This document shows positions 1-8,947 of a DNA stretch of 64,000 nucleotides, piece by piece. The notes under the pieces are model-generated. The model saw only the letters and a program-made list of their open reading frames with translations, did not search any database and was not told the origin of the DNA. Position 1 is the stretch's first letter, and each line of letters opens with the position of its first letter. This stretch comes from Ostrea edulis (Eukaryota), in the NCBI RefSeq assembly GCF_947568905.1, contig NC_079169.1, forward strand, positions 92,876,001 to 92,940,000. The letters are read 5' to 3'. Made by a program: the position numbers and the translations under genes.

Positions 1-87
1 CGTACATCATACTTTCGGGGGGTTTTTTTTCACTTGTTGTCTGGACCAAGAAAATGCATAAGTGGAATTGGGAGGAGATAGAGATTG

Positions 88-592
88 TCGTGTTGGCAAA
101 GGCAGTCCAGGGCCGTAGCAGTGGGGGTTCTTTAACGTACCAACTCCTGCCACAACATGGGACCTACGGTCATATCGGAAAGACCCGTGATTTTAACTTC
201 TAAATTCCGAGTGTTAGGCGAAGGAGCAATCACTACCTATGTTAACGTCCTATGTTTCACGTTGTCATGATCACGTGGGGATTCGGGCTAGAATAGGTCA
301 TCATTACCCCTTGCTTGCGACTAAATGGGGCGGTCCTTCGGATGAGACCGCAAAGACCGAGGCCCGTGTGGCACGATAAAGATCCCTCCCTGTTCAAAGG
401 CCGTAATCGCCGAGCATAGGCCTAAATTTTGCAGCCCTTCATCGGCAACGGCGACGTCTCCATATGAGTGAAAGATTCTCGAGAGGAACGTTAAACAAGA
501 TACATCCAACGTGTCTTGACACGAGCGGGGCTCGAACTCACGACATTCCGATTACACAACGAAGGCCCTGCCACTGAGCTACTGCGATCGGT
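88..592 (-). mobile_element. tRNA-derived SINE (family A), interrupted by a second SINE
   Basis: The minus-strand head at 592-518 reads ACCGATCGCAGTAGCTCAGTGG...GTGAGTTCGAGCCCCGCTCGTG, with Pol III A box (TAGCTCAGTGG) and B box (GAGTTCGAGCC). The body (GAAGGAGCAATCACTACCTAT, AAAGACCCGTGA) matches the second copy at 4345-4598. Confidence 0.75.
276..510 (+). mobile_element. 5'-truncated SINE (family B) nested inside SINE A
   Basis: Contains GATGAGACCGCAAAGACCGAGG...GACGTCTCCATATGAGTGAAAGATTCTCGAGAGGAACGTTAAACAA. The same motifs recur at 5677-5733 and inverted at 26643-26702. It is flanked by degenerate direct repeats (259-275 / 509-523). Confidence 0.7.
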
Positions 593-628
593 ATACATTG
601 TAGTAAACTACAGTTGGTTTTGTTGTAG

Positions 629-3600
629 AGTATACCTTATATCGGAGCCAATAGTCAGTATGTGTGGACCAACACGAGCGACAATACAGGGAAAATGAGG
701 ACACAGTATTCCTTTGGAATTATGGGATTTAATGGGACTACCACAAAGGTTGACCTTTTTTAAATGCAGCATTTGTCAAATTACATGTACGGGTAATTTT
801 AATTCATTTTCACACAAAGTCATAGTTAAATCTTAAATTGTTGTTCATAGATAGGTAATTGTACCTTCGCTGGAAAGGACATAACTATTTTGGACACCAA
901 ACGAATGCCCAGCCCTGATAACAGTCTGAAAAAAGTCCTGGCTGGCCAGATGTTCACAGTTATTACACGGGTGGTAGGTGTATGCTAATTAACCACCAAA
1001 ATTAAACTTTTCTGATGCACAAGACGTAATATTTAGTGGTCTATGGAAGACGGGTACAAACACAATGACGAGATCATTGTCTACCGAATGGCGTAAAACG
1101 GATTCTAATACTTAATAACAATGACATTGTAGTCCACTAAACAGTACACTTAATCTACATTGGTTTCATCATACAGGAGCCGCCATTTGTAATGAAAGCG
1201 GGAAGGGGTCAGTACTACGGATTTTCTGTCGATGTCCTAAATGAAATAGCGAAGTTGATGAACTTTGATTACAAAATAAAGGAACTGGACAGTTTTACCG
1301 GGAACAGGAGCGATGCCAAAGCCGACTGGGACACTTTAATAAAACAACTCATTGTCGGGGTAAACGGCCCCATTCTTTACTTTAGTTTGAATCGAGTTTG
1401 ACACCAACGTTGGGGGGGGGGGATAAATTATATTTATAAACGGAGTGGTTTACTATTTTTTAAGCCTTTTAAAGAAATTAAATGTCTGCTATCTCAAAAT
1501 TTGAAACTTCAATTTAAATTTAAATTTTTTTGTATGCACACATTGTTTTACACTGTTTAGCGTTTCAAAACAATCAGACGAATAAGGTGACGACTGTCTT
1601 TTTCACGAACAGAATGCGTCGATGGCCATAGGCTCGTTGGCGGTGAAGTCGAGCAGGGAGGAGCAAATTTCCTTCTCCTTTACGATCATATCCTCCACCA
1701 TTAGCATGCTCTCCAAACGACCTGTGACGTCACCAGTCTTGTTCCAATTTCTCTGGCCGTTCAGTTGGCAACTCTGGGTGGTCATTATTGCATTCTACGT
1801 CGTGGCCGGTGGAGCACTGTGGGTCATGAGTCGATATGACGTCACTCAAAATGATTCCGAGCAACAATTTAATTTGAAAGAAAGCATTTGGTACTCAGCT
1901 AACCTTTTTCTTGGAGGTAAATATATTTTAGTTATGTTATTTTGCTTTTACAGTATATGGTTTTTAGTTTAATCTCCTGTTGATCTTAGAGTAAATTGAC
2001 GCTTGGTGAAACTGATTTGGTAGGTTTTTAATTTTATTAATGAAAGACAAACTAACACGTGGATGATTATTTTGGTGTAGGGGGCACGGAGTACTCCCCG
2101 CAGACCACCTCCATGAGGACCATGGTGGCGTTTTTCTGGTTCTGTACGCTGGTTATCACCGCCGCGTACACAGCGAACCTGGCGGCGTATCTCACACTGC
2201 AGCAACAGGACACGCGCATCAAAACATTGGACAAGCTCTCCAAACAAATGACAGTCAAATACGGTCTGGAGAGAAATAGCGATCTCATGTACTTTTTCAA
2301 AAACTCTTCCATAGAGCCGTACGAGCGCATGTGGGCCACCATAAAACTGGAAGAATCTATACGATTGGTTCCCGACCGAGAGACTGGTGTTCGAATGGTC
2401 AAAAATGGCGTGAACGGAAGTGATTTCAATTTTCTTGATTTGGCTGTGATAAATGAGTACGCTTCTTTACAGCAGTGTGACATGCAGTCTTTTGATCAAA
2501 ACTTCAAGGAAACCAAGTTCAGCATGGGATTCCCTAATGGCGCTCCATACAAGGATGATATAAACAGGGCTATTTTAACTCTGAAAGAAAGAGGAAGTTT
2601 GGATGACCTCAAAAAGAAGTAATAATCATTCAGATAATTTTCAAAGTAGTAATAGATATATTGATCTCATATTCAAGTTGCCAAACAAAATTGGGAATTA
2701 AAGAACTATGTGCGACAATGACTATTTTCTGCCCCGAAAATAAAATTTTCATAATAGTGGTATAGGATTATCACTTTATTTCATAACCATAAAAATTTTC
2801 CAATCTTTACTTATCATTATGACGTTATCATTTAAGAAATAAATTTCATTTTTTAAAATACATGAGGGCATGAACTTTGACTCCTTACGACAGCATAATT
2901 CATGAAACGCGTTATTGATTCATGAAAAGTATGCTGGCACGAAGCGTTGCGGTTCATACCCTCAATATTTTCGAAAATGAAATTTATTTTTTAATATTTA
3001 CATTTTATTTGCATTTCTGTCAGAATATTCCCTGTCGTTAAAATAGCCGTACTATGTTTATCAAGATTCATACGCACATTGTTCACGTTCATGAGGAAAT
3101 GGCTATTATTTCAAAATTGTATAGATATCGAAGGTAAAAACATTGGAAATGTAAATATTCAGTTATGATGTTACAAAAATGAACGTGTTACAGGCGACCC
3201 CAACGCCATCCATTGCTAAAATGTGTAAAAGCATTAATTGTACATCAATTCACTTTGTGATATGGGTGATGGAGCACGCACGTGCGCCATCTGTTATTTG
3301 CTTTCATGATCAACATTCCAGGAAAGCACTGATCTAAACACTGATCTAATTTGACCTAAACAAGTTGAATTTCAAAATACAAACGTCTGGAATGGGATTT
3401 TATCATGGGGCAGATACTAATAATATACCGAAAACAACTTTCTTCAAACTGCTACTAGTATTTCTGACACTAGCGAATACTCCTCTTACATCTTTTAGGA
3501 CTTTAACCCGGAAACTTTCATGAAATTTTGATATTCAGAGTTGTCAGCGCACTTCCTTTTTTTTTTTCAGATGGTGGGATATTCCGTCTACCAACGAATG

Positions 3601-3784
3601 CAAAGACTACGTTAGACCGGAAGACATGAAAAAACCGACAGCGGAACTAGACCTGGACAATATGTTGGGGGTTTTCATCGTCCTGTTGGCGTGCGTCAGT
3701 TTGTCTGTGATGATCGAGATTTCGAAGAGGGTCATGATGTTAATCAACGGTCGGAAAAAAGGCTTGACATCTCAACAGTCATAA
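629..3784 (+). CDS. Ionotropic glutamate receptor-family subunit, 3' part (end of ATD, S1, M1-M3, S2, M4); 5' exons lie upstream of the window
   Basis: Exons 629-748, 851-973, 1177-1359, 1613-1916, 2081-2618 and 3571-3784 all have GT-AG boundaries with matching phases. Motifs: ATD end GKMRTQYSFGIM...KIGNC; S1 VITRVEPPFVM...YGFSVDVLNEIAKLMNFDY; M1 FLWPFSWQLW; M3 AYTANLAAYLT; S2 end INRAILTLKERGSLDDLKKKWW; M4 LDLDNMLGVFIVL. Stop TAA at 3782-3784. Subfamily could not be assigned. Confidence 0.9.
2837..2990. repeat. Imperfect palindrome (foldback/MITE-like repeat) in an iGluR intron
   Basis: The left arm AAATAAATTTCATTTTTTAAAATACATGAGGGCATGAAC matches the reverse complement of the right arm GTTCATACCCTCAATATTTTCGAAAATGAAATTTATTT. 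Related copies lie at 4934-5065 and about 35250-35430. Confidence 0.65.
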
Positions 3785-4344
3785 CAAAATGATGGTAGTG
3801 ATTATAGCACATACCCTGTATCATTCTTGTTTTGTTTGTGGAGCGCGGGGATAAGATCGCATTCGCTAAGGATTCCGATTCGCTTCTCTCATCTTCAGAA
3901 GATGAAACCGAATTTTGAAAGACGCGAACAATCAAAATGCGTCTAACATAAATAGTGACAATGTTGATGGAAATATTTAGGTCTACCCTTGAAAACCAGT
4001 AGACCTATATTTTCCAACACCTTTTACAATTGTCAACATTACTGCAATATATGTAATACAATCTGATTGTAGTACTTCTATAGCGGTTAGTGATTTCCCC
4101 TCTAATTCTTGTGCCGTAAAATATACCGGGTTAAGTTCTATAGCTGTTGGAAAGCTTGTCAATATTTTATATGTTGTAAAAATATGGTGCAGCCATTAAA
4201 CTGTTTCTAGTTCATGTATTTTCATTGTTTATTATGTGCTTTCAGACTGAGAACTAGCCTTGGTTGCTTAGCTTCCCGTCGAGAATTTTTCACTCGTATT
4301 GAGGTGTTACCAGCTTTAGGTGAAGTAGACCTACGGTATATTTT

Positions 4345-4598
4345 AACGCTCGGGGTCTTTGCATTGAGGGTTCTTGAACGTGCCAACGCCTGTCACGACA
4401 CGGGACTTCCGTTTTCTAGGTCATATATATATCCAAAAGACCCGTGATTCTCATTTTCATTCATAATAGTTCGACGAAGGAGCAATCATTACCTATATTT
4501 ACGTCTTAGTTTCGACACGGTCATGGCTCGAACGGGGCTCGAAAGCAAGACGACCTTGTTACCAAGTAAACGCTCTACCACTGACCTACCCCGACCGG
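4345..4598 (-). mobile_element. tRNA-derived SINE (family A), uninterrupted copy
   Basis: Same body as 88-592 (GGGTTCTTGAACGTGCCAAC, AAAAGACCCGTGATT, GAAGGAGCAATCATTACCTAT), with a decayed tRNA-like head ending near 4598. Confidence 0.7.
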
Positions 4599-4933
4599 TA
4601 AATACAGCCAAGGTAAACATCGGATTCCGATTTGATCATGTAACTGTTCACTTCATATTCCAGTGAAGTTTTGAAAATAGTTATTAATCTTTTTTAAAAA
4701 CAGTTTCTATGCGAGATTTGTGTATACCATTGACTCTGAAGTTATATATTTTATCAAAAATACCCCCGAAATGTTCAAGGAAATTGAACATTCAAAAATA
4801 CAAGAAGGGGGGGTGGTTAACGGAAATGCTGTCCACAAGCAAACTGTTCCATTTTATAAACAACACGTGGTGTTCAATACAATACACCTCAGAACATAAA
4901 CTCTTTTGAAATGCTTAATCATACAATATTCAC

Positions 4934-5065
4934 ACTTTCATTTTGCAAAATACAGGAGGGTATGAACTCCAATGCTTCACGCCAGCGTACTTTTCATGAA
5001 GCGCTGGTTAAATATGCTGGCAGACAGCGCCACAGTTCATGTCCTCAGTATTTTCAAAAATGAAA
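4934..5065. repeat. Second copy of the palindromic repeat family
   Basis: GAGGGTATGAAC...GTTCATGTCCTCAGTATTTTC arms, similar to 2837-2990. Confidence 0.55.
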
Positions 5066-5160
5066 GTTCTTAAAAACACGCAATAGCCGATATCATGCCA
5101 ACATTGATCCGTAACAGTGTACACTTTTCAGTTGTTTTCTTTTTTTTTATGGTCAGCGCG

Positions 5161-5209
<49 letters not shown>
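5161..5209. repeat. (CT)n microsatellite
   Basis: About 24 CT units read directly. Confidence 0.95.
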
Positions 5210-5213
<4 letters not shown>

Positions 5214-5676
5214 TGCTACTACATTTTCTTATCATTTCCGACCTGCGACAATACATAGATTGCATATAACCATTCCAGATTCATCGCAACTTGGTAGTCT
5301 TTTGTCCATTTAAACGGCATTTCTTTTGTAGGGTTAACGCAATTTTCAGAATATTTTTTTTTTTACAAATTTCCGATAATGATTTGCCAACCCTAAGAAA
5401 CTGCGAATATTATGTTTATTTTTGGGTGATTTAAATGATTTGCAGCTTTAATTTTAAATGGGTAAAACTTGTCTTCCCTTTTTAGTGATGATATATGACC
5501 TAATTAAGTGACTTCCGTTTTTCAAAGGAACATTTTAACGGTTTCAATGTTAAATTTCCTACCCGGAATCGTTGGAATACCAAATGAAGATGATTTTCAA
5601 AATTATCCGATCATACAATTACGTCATCAGTGTATACCAAACAATGATTCCATGTCCGAAAGTTTGAAATCATATT

Positions 5677-5733
5677 GATGAGACCGCAAAAACCGAGGTC
5701 CCGTGACGTTAAACAATATTCAATCAATCAATC
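5677..5733 (+). mobile_element. Internally deleted SINE B derivative
   Basis: GATGAGACCGCAAAAACCGAGGTCCCGT is joined directly to the 3' end GACGTTAAACAATATTCAATCAATCAATC. The roughly 130 bp between these motifs in the 276-510 copy is absent. Confidence 0.65.
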
Positions 5734-6595
5734 ATGACCAACTGAAATGTAACTGGAGCATTGGGAAGACCAAAAGGCATTCTTTTGAATTGATATAGAT
5801 TATCTTGGATAATAAAGACAGTTTTATGTTTAGCCAATATTCTAATGCCAAATCTAAAGCAGTCTAATGAAAATCAGATTTATTAGATCCGCGCCGTATA
5901 CTCTTATGCAGAGTATATCTGAAAAGTCTGATTTTAAAGAGTTGAAAATATTTGAGCTTTGTTTTGTCCTATTGCATCAAAAACATCATCTAAACAAATT
6001 GCCGGAAAAGTTTGTTTTGGAGTTGCCGTGTTAATTTTCTAGTTGTCGTGAGTCCGACACCCTTCTCTTTCCTTGTCGTATGCAGATTTATTCCGACTGT
6101 TTCTTCTCTGGTAGAGCTCGAAATTATTTACTATGTTTTGCTCGGATCACCCCGGCGATAAACTCCCATCCTCGAAATCCGTTCGTAAGTCGGACACATT
6201 TGATATTGAGTCGGACACACATATTTATTACGAATTATACAGGTTACTTATTGAAGGTATAATACTGACAATTATATTTATAATTCACATGTACTGAACT
6301 CATTAAAATCGTAACACAGGAAGATAGAGTACAGATGTACTTGATTTAAAAAAAAATGATTATTTAAAATCTGGTGTAATGAATCGAGTTGTATCAACCA
6401 GGAATGTAGAATCAGGGAGGGGGGGGGGTCACTTTTTTGACAACGCTCACTTCTTGTTATTTCTACTTTTAAAGTTGGTTTATTTGTTCACATGCAAGGT
6501 AAGATATATTTCTACATTATAAATGGTCCTTATATATATTCTCCAAAGAAATGTCCATGTGTTTTTAGTGTTAGTATAAAGTTAGACAGTGTGCG

Positions 6596-7020
6596 CAGTG
6601 GCGGATTTAAGGGGGGCGCAAACGCCCCCCCCCCTCCTAAAATTTTCAAATTTAAGGTAATTCGTGGCATCTTGGTTAGAAAAATGTACTAAACAATAAA
6701 ACAAGCAATGGTTTAATTCTTCAACTCCCGGAGAAATAAATGACAAAATCTTTTGATTCCTTGAATTACTTTATTGGGAGAACTTAATTTTTTCCAAAAA
6801 TCATTAAAATTTGCGTCATTTGACTAATTTCATCTTATAAAAATGATAGAAAATAGTACAAATGACTTAGATAGTAGAAATATTTCAAGCCCTATAAAAT
6901 CTGTAAAATCCAGGAGCTTCCGGGGGCTTCGCCCCCTGGGCACCCACCAGAACTTCGACCCAGACCCCCTGCCTCATAAAGTGGCGCCCCCCGTAACCGT
7001 AATTCCCGGATCCGCCCCTG
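6596..7020. mobile_element. MITE with CAG(T/G)GGCGGAT terminal inverted repeats
   Basis: Left end CAGTGGCGGATTTAAGGGGGG; right end ...CCCGGATCCGCCCCTG; GC-rich subterminal blocks. No clear TSD. Confidence 0.65.
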
Positions 7021-7110
7021 GTACCATTTTGTATCAAATAGCAAAAAATTACTGTCCGACTCAAGATCAAATTGATTCATTGTGTTCGAACAAAAATATT
7101 TCAAAACTGA

Positions 7111-7689
7111 ATAAATGCAAATATAAAATACATTGTATAAAATGAGGGAGAAATTTTTTAAAAAAAATTATATAACAGACTTTTGAAATAGAGTTTCTAT
7201 AAGAATACCATTCAATGCTTTCATTTTTGTATCAAGAAATTGAATAGTACACGAACCGATTGTAACTTTTGAAATACAAAATTTACTGTAACACTACGTA
7301 ATTCAAAAAAGAAGTGCAATGTATTAAATTCTATAAATACACGTACATTAAATCATTACATGTACAAATGACTAAAATCGTAATATTTCAACTTCCTATT
7401 TATATTTTAATGCAGTTCAAAATTAATAAAAGAAACACGGTATTGTATAACAACGTCCTAAGACCTATCTTAAGATTTCTAGAGTTAAGATATATCTTAT
7501 GACAGATCTTATAATAAATGCAAAATTAATATAAAATACATTGTATAAAATGAGGGAGGAAATAAAAAAAAATATAACAGACTTTTGAAATAGAGTTTCT
7601 ATAGGAATATCATTCAATGCTTTCATTTTTGTATCACAATTTCTGAAATCAAATAGTACACGAACCGATTGTAACTTTTGAAATACAAA
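7111..7689. repeat. Dispersed direct duplication of about 170 bp (7111-7280 and 7514-7689)
   Basis: Both copies read ATAAAATACATTGTATAAAATGAGGGAG...AGACTTTTGAAATAGAGTTTCTATA...AGTACACGAACCGATTGTAACTTTTGAAATACAAA. Confidence 0.85.
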
Positions 7690-7750
7690 CTTTAGTTTTG
7701 TGAAAACCAGCCCTGGATATCAAATGGACCTACTTATCGAGAACGAATGC

Positions 7751-7904
7751 GCCGGGTGTGACCGGTCAACAGGGAATGGTTACTCCTCCTAGGCACCTGA
7801 TCCCACCTCTGGTATATCCAGGGGTCCGTGTTTGCCCAACTCTCTATTTCGTATTGCTTATAGGAGTTATGAGATTCATCACTGTTCGTTATCTTCGCCT
7901 TTCA
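7751..7904 (+). mobile_element. Fragment of a common interspersed repeat, probably a retroelement 3' terminal segment
   Basis: GC-rich block GGGTGTGACCGGTCAACAGGGAATGGTTACTCCTCCTAGGCACCTGATCCCACCTCTGG...TTCGTTATCTTCGCCTTT in an AT-rich background. I recall it as a widespread oyster repeat; the family assignment is not verified. Confidence 0.45.
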
Positions 7905-8016
7905 CTGAAGTATGTATCCATTGGGGCAGGTCCGATGACAGACACCATGAAGCACATATCTAAAAAGTATGTGTATACAGGGAATCAAATATGATCGGCA
8001 TATATGAATACGAATA

Positions 8017-8076
8017 TGATATGTTGAGGGATATAATGATATGTTGAGGGATATAATGATATGTTGAGGGATATAA
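8017..8076. repeat. 20-bp tandem repeat x3
   Basis: TGATATGTTGAGGGATATAA three times, exact. Confidence 0.9.
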
Positions 8077-8538
8077 TCTTTGGATCTAGGCAGAACCCTT
8101 TGAGAGTGAATACTTCATTTCAGAGGCGTTAATTTCCCATTTGCGATATGCCTGAATTTCTTGCAAGTCGAAACTTCAACTTAAGTCTGAGATTTTACTC
8201 AAATTTTGACTGCTCAAATAAAAGAAAACTCAGATCTTTTCGAAGGATCCAAGCCAGAGACCGGATTCTTACCACCATCATGAATGAAACTAATTTATGT
8301 CATATTTCTTCACCACCCCATATCATGTTTAGTCGGTAAATAGCCTTTTAGAGCTAATGTTGCATTGTTATACCATGTTCTACTTTAAATAAAGATTATT
8401 TGACTTGATTTGATGTTTTTAAGCCACTATGACATGATTCTTATTGATTAGACCGAATAGATTTGGTATGACTTGTCCATGAGGCGACATTTCCTCGGGA
8501 TTTATTAAAGAATTCCTGTATTCCGAAAGAAAGAAAAC

Positions 8539-8558
8539 AAACATGGCGACCTGTGAGT
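8539..8558 (+). promoter_or_regulatory. YY1-type motif (AAACATGGCG) followed by a 5' splice donor; likely first non-coding exon of VPS13B
   Basis: AAACATGGCG at 8539-8548 and GTGAGT at 8553-8558, about 400 bp upstream of the VPS13B ATG. AANATGGCG just downstream of the TSS is a common feature of housekeeping promoters. Confidence 0.45.
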
Positions 8559-8947
8559 TGGCAGACATCATATGATATTATAAATTTGTTTTTTTATTTT
8601 ATTCATGCAGTATTATCTGGGTGTTTTCTCAAAGTAAGTGATATTTCTCACTAAAAGCGAGTAGGTATAATTATTATGAAGATATCGTGGTGCATATACG
8701 TGTGAGGGTGTGCTTTGGATCGTGCTTCAGGGCTATTCTATTACAAAATGAACAAAAAGTTAGTGTACGATTTAAATTTTTGTTTTAAAAATGCAAGCAT
8801 TTGACTTTTGGTATACCACATATATATTTATTTTATTTAGATATACACAGGTCCAGCACAATCTCTAACCGGACCAACTGAATTTATGTGTTTCAGTGAT
8901 GACCAGCGATACAAACATCTGACAAATGAAGAGCAATTTTAATCATC

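Noticed and set aside
518-592. tRNA gene
   Set aside because: It has A and B boxes but no paired acceptor stem, and it continues into a SINE body shared with 4345-4598; it is a SINE head.
3225-3335. Conserved enhancer with a palindromic E-box (GCACGTGC)
   Set aside because: A single short motif with no comparative data; it may be part of the adjacent repeat.
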